The position numbers and the translations under genes are program-made. Below, piece after piece: positions 55,207-64,000 of a stretch of DNA of 64,000 bases (position 1 is the stretch's first letter; every line of letters begins with the position of its first letter). The stretch spans positions 11,377 to 75,376 of the forward strand of contig JAGOUY010000005.1 in NCBI GenBank assembly GCA_018061025.1, written 5' to 3'. This DNA comes from Patescibacteria group bacterium (GTDB lineage: Bacteria > Patescibacteriota > Patescibacteriia > 2-12-FULL-60-25). Below the pieces are notes generated by a model. That model was not told the DNA's origin and ran no database searches. It was given only the letters and a program-made list of their open reading frames with translations.

Positions 55207-57585
55207 GTGTTATTTGTGTTATACTTGGATAAATTTATGTCCAGGTCTTTGCTCTTTATGGATAGCGCTCAGCGTTCGCGCTTTGGAGGATGGATGTCGT
55301 TTATCACCGATGTCTGTTTGGCGTTGCTGGTGGTGATTGGGCCTGGATTAGCGGCGGCGACGTTTGAGCGGGCGGAACTATTTAAACAAGGAGCTTTGAT
55401 CGGGCTTGTTGGAGTTGCGCTTGTGGCACGAACGGTGCGGAGTGCGGTGGAACGTCGTTCTGAAATTCGGATGGGGTGGTCGAATATTTTGCTTGCACTA
55501 TTTGGCATCGGTGTTTTTTTTGCGACGATCTTCTCTGTCCACCCGTATTTATCGTTGGTAGGACAATTTAGCCAACGTGCGTGGACGTTTTCGAGTATTG
55601 CTGCCCTCTTAGTTTTTGCTTGGTTAGTCGCACAGCGTGCACGCATGCTGCTTTCTTTTTCGGCATTTTTATTTTTGTTCTTGCTCGGATGTTTGGGAGT
55701 GGCGGGAGCAGGCATGTGGTCGGTGTTTTCCGGAGAGGCGGTGACGGTGGCGGGGAGTGTATACGCGCTGTCTTTATGTGCGAGTGTTGGAAGTATTGTG
55801 GCACTCGGGGTGATCGCGTTTGGTCGTCGGATTGAAGGGGTGTTTTCTTTGCTTACGTGGCCTGGAATGGTGGCGCGAGGAAGTTCTTGGGTGTTGTGGC
55901 TTGTATCCTTTGTTATTTTGTTACGGGTGCAGTTTTGGGTGGCGTGGATGATGGTGTTGGTGGGGGTGGGGTGCTTTCTGACTTTAATAGTGCTTGGAAA
56001 GCATGATCTGTTTAAGAAAACAAAACGAGGTGCGTGGTTGTTAGTCGCGATTGTGATTGGGATTGTGAATTTGGTTGCGCCTATTACTTGGAAAACGCCG
56101 GTGGCGGGGGAGGTTGGATTGTCGATGTCTGCTTCGTGGCAGATTACGCAGCAGACGGTGGCGGCGCATCCGTGGTTAGGAACGGGGCCGGGGACGTGGG
56201 CCTATGATTATGCGTTGTATCGCGCGCCACAATTTAATAATACGCCATTTTGGGCGAATCGTTTTGATCGCGCAAGTTCGCAGTTTTTAACCTTGTTTGC
56301 CACGACGGGGATGGTGGTAAGTGGGTTGTTTGTCCTATTTCTCCTAGCGGTATTTGGGGTTGGAGTGCATGGCTTTCTTAAGCGGCACAGCCATCGTGTG
56401 CACGATGTCTCTGAGGAGGGATTGCCTTTGCAGATGATTGTATTTAGTGGTTGGACGGCCATGAGTGTCGGGCTGTTTTTCTATAACATGAATCTGTCGC
56501 ACCAAATTTTATTTTGGACATTGACGGGCGGATTGATGGGATTTTCCGCTCATATGCGTTTAGCGGTGGATGGGATGCGTCGACCATGGAAGTGGGTGTT
56601 GCCCATGAAGGCTGCGGGGATGTCGCTTGGGGTATTGGTTGTGCTTGTCTTGGGGGGGCAAACATTGTGGGCGCAGGCCAAGACGGAGCGAGTGGTGTCC
56701 GCGTATCAGCGAGGAGAGATGTCGGCGGAAGAGGTTATGAAGGCTTTGCAGAGCGTACGAGCGATCCATCCTTGGGATGATGTGTCTGCGCGTGCCTTGG
56801 CGCAAGCTTACCTGGTGCAAGTTTTGCAGCGCGTGAAAGATACTCCCACGAATGAGCGCTCTCAGGTGGTGAGTGAGCAGGTTACCTCGATGGTAGATAT
56901 TGCGTTGGAAGCGACGCGTTTAGCACCAGCAAATCCGGATAGTTGGGCGAATGCTGGGATTATTTATAGTGGAATTGCCCCGTTTACCCAGGGAGCGGAT
57001 GGGTTTGCGGTGAAGCAGTATCAAGAAGCAATGCAGCGTGACCCACAGCATCCGGATTATCCGTACCAAATTGGAAGCTTGTTCTTGTTACGCGCTCAGC
57101 AATTACAAGTTTTGTTTGAGGCGAAGGAAGCGAATGCGCGTGAGCAAGCTATACAGCAGGCGCAACAGGCATTATTGGATGCCGCTCGTTGGACACAGGT
57201 ATCTTTGAGGTTAAAGCCGGATTATTTACCGGCACGCTATCAAGAAGCGGTTATTCTACATCGACAAGGGAAGGGAGAGGAGGCGTTTAAAGCCTTGGAG
57301 TACGTTGTTGCTCAAGATCCTACGGTTGATCGGGTCTTTGAGCTGGGTATTTTAGCGATGCAGATCAATCAATCTGCCCGAGCAACGGCAGCGTTTGAAA
57401 AGGTATTGGAATTAGATGCGACGCAGGTGCGGGCGCGGTGGCAGCTCGCGTCTTTATACGAGGAAGCGGGACGTTTGTCGGATGCATTGGTACAGTTACG
57501 TCTGGTGGCGGCGAGTGTGCCGACGAATACGGCGGTACAAAAACGTTTACAGGTGTTAGAAGAGCGTGTTGGAGGTGTGCGTTAG
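55207..57585 (+). CDS. polytopic O-antigen-ligase-like membrane protein with C-terminal TPR repeats
   Basis: About 12 TM helices. The loop RASSQFLTLFATTGMVVSG resembles the Wzy_C motif. The C-terminal ~300 aa are TPR-like. Confidence 0.6.
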   Translation: MLFVLYLDKFMSRSLLFMDSAQRSRFGGWMSFITDVCLALLVVIGPGLAAATFERAELFKQGALIGLVGVALVARTVRSAVERRSEIRMGWSNILLALFGIGVFFATIFSVHPYLSLVGQFSQRAWTFSSIAALLVFAWLVAQRARMLLSFSAFLFLFLLGCLGVAGAGMWSVFSGEAVTVAGSVYALSLCASVGSIVALGVIAFGRRIEGVFSLLTWPGMVARGSSWVLWLVSFVILLRVQFWVAWMMVLVGVGCFLTLIVLGKHDLFKKTKRGAWLLVAIVIGIVNLVAPITWKTPVAGEVGLSMSASWQITQQTVAAHPWLGTGPGTWAYDYALYRAPQFNNTPFWANRFDRASSQFLTLFATTGMVVSGLFVLFLLAVFGVGVHGFLKRHSHRVHDVSEEGLPLQMIVFSGWTAMSVGLFFYNMNLSHQILFWTLTGGLMGFSAHMRLAVDGMRRPWKWVLPMKAAGMSLGVLVVLVLGGQTLWAQAKTERVVSAYQRGEMSAEEVMKALQSVRAIHPWDDVSARALAQAYLVQVLQRVKDTPTNERSQVVSEQVTSMVDIALEATRLAPANPDSWANAGIIYSGIAPFTQGADGFAVKQYQEAMQRDPQHPDYPYQIGSLFLLRAQQLQVLFEAKEANAREQAIQQAQQALLDAARWTQVSLRLKPDYLPARYQEAVILHRQGKGEEAFKALEYVVAQDPTVDRVFELGILAMQINQSARATAAFEKVLELDATQVRARWQLASLYEEAGRLSDALVQLRLVAASVPTNTAVQKRLQVLEERVGGVR

Positions 57586-57591
57586 ACTTTT

Positions 57592-58251
57592 ATGCGTTTA
57601 TTTTCTTGGATAAAAGGCAAATCATCCCCGACGACAGCCGGGGTGCCTGCGTATAAGCTAGAAGAACGTCGAGCGGCGCTTGCGAGTGCGCAGCGTGCTT
57701 TAGTGGGACGTATGGAAGGGGTAATGCGTGAGGCGGAGAAACAACTTATCTCCATGGTGGAGCGTATTCGTCGCTTTGATGGGAATGCCATTGAGGAGCG
57801 AGAGCTTGAGATGGAACAGATGATCTTGGGGCGTTTGGTGGAGCGGTGTGCTATCGTGCAGACGCCGACGACGGAGCTATTGCGTGAGTGGCGTGATTGG
57901 CTGCGAGCGGTGCGCCAAGAGGTGGTGACGGATTTAGAGCGAGCGGAGTTGGTCCGTTCGGAGTTGTGGGTGCGTGGGGTGATTACGGATGAGCGAATGG
58001 AGAAAGAAAAAGGAATGGATGCTCAAATAAATACCCCGAATAAGCGGAAAGAACGAGAAGATGCGTTTGGTGAATGGGATCAGTATTTAGGCGAGCGATT
58101 GCCGGGGAGCGCTATGTTTTGGCAGAAGCGTGTGGAGGAGTTGGGGGAGCGGGGGGAGACAGAGGAAGCGATGCAGCGGGCGGTCAAACGCATGCGAGAG
58201 GCGCATGGGCATGCGAAAATCTGGAAGAGGATGCAAGAGGGCATGGGTTGA
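57592..58251 (+). CDS. hypothetical coiled-coil protein (219 aa)
   Basis: Track ORF rich in E/R/K. No family recognised. Confidence 0.45.
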   Translation: MRLFSWIKGKSSPTTAGVPAYKLEERRAALASAQRALVGRMEGVMREAEKQLISMVERIRRFDGNAIEERELEMEQMILGRLVERCAIVQTPTTELLREWRDWLRAVRQEVVTDLERAELVRSELWVRGVITDERMEKEKGMDAQINTPNKRKEREDAFGEWDQYLGERLPGSAMFWQKRVEELGERGETEEAMQRAVKRMREAHGHAKIWKRMQEGMG

Positions 58252-58316
58252 CTATTCGGGCTGCTTTTGGCATACTCTGACCGTTCAAGAGGGGTTTATT
58301 ACCTCAGCCTTATTAG

Positions 58317-58392
58317 GGGCTCTTAGCTCAGCTGGTAGAGCGCTTCCATGGCATGGAAGAGGTCAGCGGTTCGATCCCGCTAGGGTCCACCA
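58317..58392 (+). tRNA. tRNA-Ala (GGC), CCA encoded
   Basis: Acceptor GGGCTCT pairs with AGGGTCC, with G3:T70. Anticodon loop ATGGCAT. T-arm AGCGG TTCGATC CCGCT. A terminator hairpin follows. Confidence 0.9.
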
Positions 58393-58448
58393 CGTAAAAT
58401 CTCCGCTTTAAAGGCGGAGATTTTGTTATACATGCCACAATCCATTAC

Positions 58449-58709
58449 ATGAAGTCTAATATCCTAACGTTAAAAAAATTTTCCACAAGACTTGAAGCAG
58501 AGATGGCGAAAGAGGTGTTGGAGTCAGTCGGGATCAAGTCTTTTTTAAGTGCTGATGATGGGGGTGGAATGCGGCCTGCGCCTTTTGCGTATTCAATGGG
58601 GGTTGAATTGATCGTAAGAGAAGAAGATGTACAAAGAGCTAAAGAGATTTTGGATGCGGACCATTCGCAAGAATTAAAAGATCATTTTCGCCAAGAGGAG
58701 GGTCTATAA
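58449..58709 (+). CDS. DUF2007-like small protein
   Basis: FSTRLEAEMAKEVLESVGIKSFL...VREEDVQRAKEIL fits the DUF2007 pattern. Confidence 0.55.
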   Translation: MKSNILTLKKFSTRLEAEMAKEVLESVGIKSFLSADDGGGMRPAPFAYSMGVELIVREEDVQRAKEILDADHSQELKDHFRQEEGL

Positions 58710-58822
58710 GCGAATGCTGTTAAAGTGATTAGTTCCTGCTCCGCAAGCCTTCACTAAGTATAAAGTCCCGCTTCCAGGCGGAGGCTTCGTCTCCCTCTTT
58801 AACTACGTGTATTTTCTTTCGG

Positions 58823-61800
58823 TTATGACGAGCTGTGATACAAGAGCTGAACAAGATACTCTTTGTGTTCGCGCTTAAGGCTACGTTCAAAGTTGGGAAC
58901 CTGGAGTGTCTGACAAATAAGGATCCAACCAATTCCATTGCCGTCAGGATCTTTGCAAATTTCTGGACTTAGTTGGTTATTCGTTAGAGCTTTTATGAAT
59001 GTCTCCTCAGTTGCGTAAAGAGTGCGTAATTCATTACGGATAATGCTAGGGTCTTTGCGACGTTCTATGCATTCGTCCCAAGCGACCACCGTTGGGTCGT
59101 CTTGGCCGTAGATGGAGCCAGCGAGTTGTAGAACATCCTCTTTGTCTAAGGCGGTCTCTATTTTGCCGTACAGGCGCGCCACAATTTTTAGGCTTATCCC
59201 TTTTCCGTCAGGTGTGGGAGCGAATGGTGATCCATTAAACTTAGCGTGGATAAAATCGTTTGCGGTTGGATATAGCCTTTTTACTTCTTCTCGCATCAAC
59301 TCGGGACTTGATCGGATCGTTAATGCACGCTTCCAAGCCTGTACCATGGAGTTGTCATTACCATACACTTCTTCCGCGATAGACCATTGGCGCTCTTCTT
59401 CAGATACGAGCGTCCAATGATCTCCGCGCAACCCTTTTATGAGGGCGGCATAGCTAACTTTTGATTCGTTTGTGCCAAGCTCAAATTTTCTATCTAGTAG
59501 TTCCCGCGAATTTGTTGAAAGAAACAAGAGAGGATCAGGATAGGCTTTTTTGATAGCTGCTTGGTGTAGAGAGATCGTTTCTTGACGATCCGCCCCCCTC
59601 CTTGCTTGAGTATCTGTCAATTCTTTTTGGACGATGGCAGGATCACGGTAAAACCAATTACCGAATCGTTCTCGTTCAGCACGGGTCATGGTATTTTTTA
59701 ATGTATAGCCAAATGTTGCGAGGGCGGCGTGTAGTCCTATTCCTTCGCCTAGTGGATTTACAGCAAAAACTTGTTCATAGAGCCTTTCTAGATGCTCACC
59801 AAGCCATTGTTCGCGGGTTGGAATTTTTTGGCGAAATTCCTCTGCCAAGAGAACGGGGTTTATTCTTGCTTCGTATACTTTATTCCATGTCTGCATGATA
59901 GGATCATTTGCTCCAAAGAGGCAATTTGCGACCCGAAGTCGGTTTTCGAGTGTATCTTCTGTGTTGATACGTCGATGTGTAATCAGGGCATATATTTCAG
60001 GTAGAGTGAGGCCGGCCTGGTCTCCAGCCTCCGCAAATCGCCGCGACCAGTTTTTCCTGACCTCGCGAAAAAAGGTGGTGGCATCCGGATACTCCTTTAG
60101 GACTTCTTGTCGCATTCCTTCGGGACTACGGCGTAATTGGTGTACTCGAAGCAATTCTTGGAGAACAGGCGTTTCTGCTCCGTAGATCGTTGCTACAAGA
60201 GCAAGACGATGCTCGGCGTTGTCTATATCACCGGCTACACCAAAAACTGTTTTTAAAGCTTTTGCTCCGACCGTTTCTTCAGATGATCCAACTTTGATAA
60301 GGATTTTCTCATCTCGTACCAAAGCTCGGTAATATTGTCCTGGATCTGGGTAAAGAGCTGTGATAAGTGTCCGTAACCAAGCGGGACTCTCCGCGTGTTC
60401 CGTAAGCTCTTTCTGTTCTCTTACAAAGAGGTCATCAGATCCGTAAACGGTTTCGGCAACCGTTAACATGTCTCGACGTCTCCAGGCAGGATCGACGTTG
60501 TTAAGTCCAAGCGTCTTCATGATGGCGACGCGTTTTATTTCTTGTCCATTGAGCGTGCGAAAAAGAGCTAACTCAATCCAGGTATATCTTGACCAGCTAA
60601 GGAGATCTCGAGAGGTGGGACATCTTCGCAGTAGCTCCTTGATTATTTCTTCGCGATCGTTTTGTTTGCGCAATGCTTCATGAAATTCGAAAACAGTAGG
60701 ATGATCTGAACCATACAATTCCTCTGCGATTCGAAGTTGAGAACGAATTGATCCAGGATCGGTGTCAATTGGTAGACCGAGTTCCTTGCAGATGCCTACT
60801 GTCCCACGACGCTTTCCAACGGTGCTGTTTAACTTTTGTACTTGTGCGGCGGTTTGGCTTAAAAATAGTTCGGGTGTTGGGAATTGGCGACGTAGATCTT
60901 CTTTGATTCGTTCACGGATTTCCATCTGTCGTGTGTCGACATGAGTTGCCTTTGCGGATCCCTCTGTAGTTGTTCCTGTGCTTGGAAAAAGAGCTGCATG
61001 GAGTTCTTCTTGCCATTGAGCAGATGTGCGGTACACGATGCGTTCCATCTTGTCTGGAAACTCGGCTAAAAGCCTACGTTTTGACCAATGAATGGCTTGT
61101 TGGGTGGCAAGGAGATCGTGGATCACGAAGGTCGCTTCACCGATTTGATCACAGACGAGGATGCTGGCTTGGAGGCGGGGAATGAGCACAAGCGCATAGC
61201 TAACTTTACGCATCATGCGAGGGTCGCGCTTCCCTATAACAACAAGAACTTCTTCTACAAAGACTTTTTCCTTGCGTAATAAAGCGTACAACTCTTGGAG
61301 ACGTTCGTGAAAGCGTGGTTTTTCAAATGTTCCTTCACCTTTCACGATGGTGGGGGTTTCTTCTCCTTCTTCAGAGGGAAGAATGATTTGGTCTAAGTGA
61401 ACAACGTGGATATTTTGTTTTTCCTCGTAGTGATCAGCCTCGGGATCAGCATCTAATCGTTCGCCTAAACGGTAGTGAAAAGCTTTTCCTGCCAATCCTA
61501 GCAGATCATGAATGGTTTTTGGTTTCGTATCGTCTGCATCTGTAGCTGTTTTTATCTCTTGTGCGAGGGCAATTTCGTGTGTTTCACGTTCGTTAAATGC
61601 TAATGCCTTATAATTAACACCGTGTTCTTGTAGACGTGCGACGATTGCTTTTTCCAAGGCTATAAGTCCCTCAAAAAGAGCTTTTTCTGCCCCCTTTGAA
61701 CCATCGAATGATTCGGCAATACGAAGTAATCCGGTTGCGGCCTCACGACGGGCGGCGATTTCTTCTGGTCCAAGGGGCTTCTTTTCAGTGACTTTAGAAA

Positions 61801-61825
61801 CTGCGCGTGGTGTACCATGTTCCAT
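58823..61825 (-). CDS. 1000-aa hypothetical protein built from ~95-aa tandem repeats
   Basis: At least six recurrences of the hydrophobic-(Y/F)G-x-(D/E/N) repeat core: LYGSDHPTVFEF, VYGSDDLFVREQ, IYGAETPVLQEL, LFGANDPIMQTW, VYGNDNSMVQAW and IYGQDDPTVVAW. Five of the six are followed by ..P(E/..)..R.E(V/L)...YP. Confidence 0.7.
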   Translation of the reverse strand: MEHGTPRAVSKVTEKKPLGPEEIAARREAATGLLRIAESFDGSKGAEKALFEGLIALEKAIVARLQEHGVNYKALAFNERETHEIALAQEIKTATDADDTKPKTIHDLLGLAGKAFHYRLGERLDADPEADHYEEKQNIHVVHLDQIILPSEEGEETPTIVKGEGTFEKPRFHERLQELYALLRKEKVFVEEVLVVIGKRDPRMMRKVSYALVLIPRLQASILVCDQIGEATFVIHDLLATQQAIHWSKRRLLAEFPDKMERIVYRTSAQWQEELHAALFPSTGTTTEGSAKATHVDTRQMEIRERIKEDLRRQFPTPELFLSQTAAQVQKLNSTVGKRRGTVGICKELGLPIDTDPGSIRSQLRIAEELYGSDHPTVFEFHEALRKQNDREEIIKELLRRCPTSRDLLSWSRYTWIELALFRTLNGQEIKRVAIMKTLGLNNVDPAWRRRDMLTVAETVYGSDDLFVREQKELTEHAESPAWLRTLITALYPDPGQYYRALVRDEKILIKVGSSEETVGAKALKTVFGVAGDIDNAEHRLALVATIYGAETPVLQELLRVHQLRRSPEGMRQEVLKEYPDATTFFREVRKNWSRRFAEAGDQAGLTLPEIYALITHRRINTEDTLENRLRVANCLFGANDPIMQTWNKVYEARINPVLLAEEFRQKIPTREQWLGEHLERLYEQVFAVNPLGEGIGLHAALATFGYTLKNTMTRAERERFGNWFYRDPAIVQKELTDTQARRGADRQETISLHQAAIKKAYPDPLLFLSTNSRELLDRKFELGTNESKVSYAALIKGLRGDHWTLVSEEERQWSIAEEVYGNDNSMVQAWKRALTIRSSPELMREEVKRLYPTANDFIHAKFNGSPFAPTPDGKGISLKIVARLYGKIETALDKEDVLQLAGSIYGQDDPTVVAWDECIERRKDPSIIRNELRTLYATEETFIKALTNNQLSPEICKDPDGNGIGWILICQTLQVPNFERSLKREHKEYLVQLLYHSSS

Positions 61826-61955
61826 AGGATTTATCCTTTATCATTACAACACATGGAATTTTGTGTGTCGATGAAGATCTTGTGGTAATAATCAGGTGAT
61901 CTAGGGTGTTGTGATGTTGCGCAGAGTGAGAGGCAATAGTTGATTTCTGGAAAGT

Positions 61956-62531
61956 TTGAAGGATGTTATACTTTGTAATAATTTTATGAAAAGCATATCC
62001 CTATCTGAACGCCTTGAATCGATTCAAACGATATTTGGTTTAGTAGCTGACGATACGCGCATGAATAGAGAAGGTCGTTTGTCCGAACGGCATGCAAAAA
62101 TTTTGGAGGATCAAGCGAAGCGAGGTGGGCGTATTCTGACCATCGCGGGTATCCTGGTCATTCTTTTGTGTGGATTGGCTGTTTTGAATGCGTGGACTGA
62201 TCGGAGCAATGTTGACATGGTTGGTCGTCTGTTTGTTTCACTTGCCTGTTTGGTCGGAGTATTTTTTGGCGTCTTTTTGTTAAAATTAGCCGCTAAAGGA
62301 CAGCTTCCTTTTTCAACTCTGCCGGTCCTGTCTATTGAAGGGGTGGTAACGCTTTCGCGGTTTGTGGGAAATAATCTCACAGGCAGGGGGAGGTATGCCT
62401 TAGTCAGTCTCGTTGTTAATGGAAAAGAGTATTTTCTTGAAGAAGCGCAGCGAAAAGCGTTTGTGGAGGGGGAGAGGTACAGGGTTTACTATATCGAACC
62501 TAACACGGTGGTGAATGCGGAGCCTGTCTAG
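61956..62531 (+). CDS. hypothetical two-TM membrane protein
   Basis: Track ORF with TM helices ILTIAGILVILLCGLAVL and LFVSLACLVGVFFGVFLL. Confidence 0.5.
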   Translation: MKDVILCNNFMKSISLSERLESIQTIFGLVADDTRMNREGRLSERHAKILEDQAKRGGRILTIAGILVILLCGLAVLNAWTDRSNVDMVGRLFVSLACLVGVFFGVFLLKLAAKGQLPFSTLPVLSIEGVVTLSRFVGNNLTGRGRYALVSLVVNGKEYFLEEAQRKAFVEGERYRVYYIEPNTVVNAEPV

Positions 62532-62580
62532 AAGAGCAGAACTTTTCTTTTTTGAGTTCGACTTCAGTGAAGATGGTGTA

Positions 62581-63387
62581 TTACTTAGCCCTTATCACCA
62601 CCATTTCTTTTGAAAGTGCTACCAATTCTTCATGGAGTACCCCATTTGAAGCAATCAATCCTTCGACGGGACCATCATAGCGCTGCTCTTGTCCGGATAG
62701 GCTCGTGACTTTACCCCCCGCTTCTTCGACGATGATTTTGGCCATGGCGGTGTCGTGGGCGGGGGAGCTTGGATAGAGGGCGAAGGCTAATTCGCCGGCG
62801 GCAACGAGCATGGCGGCGTAGGTATAGGAGTTGAGCTTAAAGACTTTTACCCCTCGCTCTATGTTCAGATAAAGCGCGAGCTTACTTAGATCGTATTTTG
62901 AGATACTGCTCATTTCGATATCGGCGACGCTGCCCTTGAAAGCAGTTGTGGCTGAGACGTGGATGGGATTTCCATTCAGAAACGCCCCTTGGCCTTTGGC
63001 GGCGGTGAATAAGCGATCTTGAAATGGATCACAGACGGTGGCGAGAATGCTTTCGCCGTTTTTTGTTAGGGCTAACGCAAAGGTTGCGATGGGGATGCCG
63101 TGGCCGAAGGGGAGCGTGCCGTCGAGAGGGTCGCAGACCCAGACGTATTCCGCTCCCTCCTTTAGCGCGCTTTCTTCTTCGGCGAGGATGCCGTGGGAGG
63201 GAAAGAAGTGATTGATTTCTTGAATCAAGAGGTGGTTGATCTCGAGATCGGTGGCGGTGACGGGAGTATTATCCTTTTTCCATTCCTTCGACATTCCGAG
63301 AAGGAAGTTCTTTTTCATGAGGGCGCCGGCTTTGAGGGCGAAGTCTTTGGCAAATTGTTGGAAGTCAGTCATAGGAGTGAGAAACAT
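62581..63387 (-). CDS. inositol monophosphatase family protein
   Basis: ILAEE and WVCDPLDGT motifs, plus a typical IMPase C-terminal half. Confidence 0.85.
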   Translation of the reverse strand: MFLTPMTDFQQFAKDFALKAGALMKKNFLLGMSKEWKKDNTPVTATDLEINHLLIQEINHFFPSHGILAEEESALKEGAEYVWVCDPLDGTLPFGHGIPIATFALALTKNGESILATVCDPFQDRLFTAAKGQGAFLNGNPIHVSATTAFKGSVADIEMSSISKYDLSKLALYLNIERGVKVFKLNSYTYAAMLVAAGELAFALYPSSPAHDTAMAKIIVEEAGGKVTSLSGQEQRYDGPVEGLIASNGVLHEELVALSKEMVVIRAK

Positions 63388-63497
63388 CTTGATTGACTGT
63401 ATCTGAAGAGTCGGTAGCGTTCAACGATAGGGTACCTACTCTTGTTTCTGAATTGTTATTTCTTGGATTAGCCTTTAGACTTAAGGCCATTAATTAT

Positions 63498-64000
63498 ATG
63501 TCTCCAACCACTCAAGAGAGGGATGAACGTTTCATGCGCCGCTGTATTGAGCTTGCGAATGCGGCGGGTAAAGCGGGGGATTTGCCGTTTGGGTCGATTG
63601 TGGTTTTGGATGGGGAGATTTTGGGGGAAGGAAGCAATCTTTTGCAGCAGACGAAACAGATAGACCGGCATGCGGAGCGGATTGCGCTTTTGCAGGCGCA
63701 GGAGCGATTGCAGACCAGAGTTTTGAAGGGGTGCACGGTGTATACGACGGTGGAACCGTGCCCGATGTGTTCGTTCCCGATCCGTGAGTTACATATTTCT
63801 CGTGTGGTTTCGGGGTTACGTTCACCTGTGATGGGTGGTTATACGCGCTTTGGCGTCCTGCAGGACACCGGTATATCGGATAAGGTACTGGGGTATTTTG
63901 GTGCCCCGCCTGAAATTGTAGAAGGGGTTTTGAGAGAGGAGTGCATGGAGAGCTGGAAGGTGTGGGCGCCAGAGGTATGGGAGGGGTTTGTAAAGAATGG
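63498..64000 (+). CDS. CMP/dCMP-type zinc deaminase (TadA/guanine-deaminase-like), 3' end beyond the window
   Basis: Not in the track because there is no stop in the window. Reads MSPTTQERDERFMRRCIELANAAGKAGDLPFGSIVV...RHAERIAL...TVEPCPMC, which carries the HAE and PCxxC zinc motifs. Confidence 0.8.
   Translation, partial: MSPTTQERDERFMRRCIELANAAGKAGDLPFGSIVVLDGEILGEGSNLLQQTKQIDRHAERIALLQAQERLQTRVLKGCTVYTTVEPCPMCSFPIRELHISRVVSGLRSPVMGGYTRFGVLQDTGISDKVLGYFGAPPEIVEGVLREECMESWKVWAPEVWEGFVKN

Overview
This looks like an origin-proximal chromosomal segment of a small-genome bacterium. A Patescibacteria/CPR-like origin is my inference from gene content: competence genes, giant surface proteins, few metabolic genes and dense palindromic repeats. 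UGA is used as a stop codon. Recognisable core genes, in order: rpoB (5' end), comM/yifB, a LysM-M23 peptidase, a DksA-type zinc finger, lspA, a RodZ-like HTH protein, ftsK, recA, comEC, ychF, tig, nfo, yggU, yidD-rnpA-rpmH divergent from dnaA-dnaN (with DnaA boxes, so oriC is here), a GT-C glycosyltransferase, PBP1A, a 3D-domain protein, a phosphodiester glycosidase, a wHTH-ComF fusion, polA, a holA-like gene, rpsT, def, an inositol monophosphatase and a zinc deaminase. There are four tRNAs (Cys-GCA, Arg-CCT, Ala-CGC, Ala-GGC), all with encoded CCA. Features that ordinary annotation does not explain: (1) Four same-strand copies of a hairpin element with conserved flanks. Each has a 30-35 bp perfectly paired but sequence-divergent closing stem, and the three-way-junction core shows compensatory changes, which suggests an unclassified structured RNA family. 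(2) Thirteen perfect 16-bp consensus parS sites (TGTTTCACGTGAAACA) lie within 1.45 kb. Several are embedded in 32-40 bp perfect palindromes, about 17 kb from dnaA. (3) Several conspicuously GC-rich genes are scattered in a mid-GC background. These include a three-gene operon in which each gene is followed by the same ~85-nt two-hairpin element. (4) A five-gene surface-structure cluster at 45.7-57.6 kb includes 1020-aa and 1453-aa secreted proteins. (5) An orphan ~400-nt promoter-to-terminator unit next to rpoB has no ORF. (6) A 1000-aa protein is built from ~95-aa repeats. (7) Several small palindromic repeat families are present, including one nested insertion. No CRISPR array, cas genes, transposase, integrase or rRNA were seen. 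All GC statements are by eye and were not computed.
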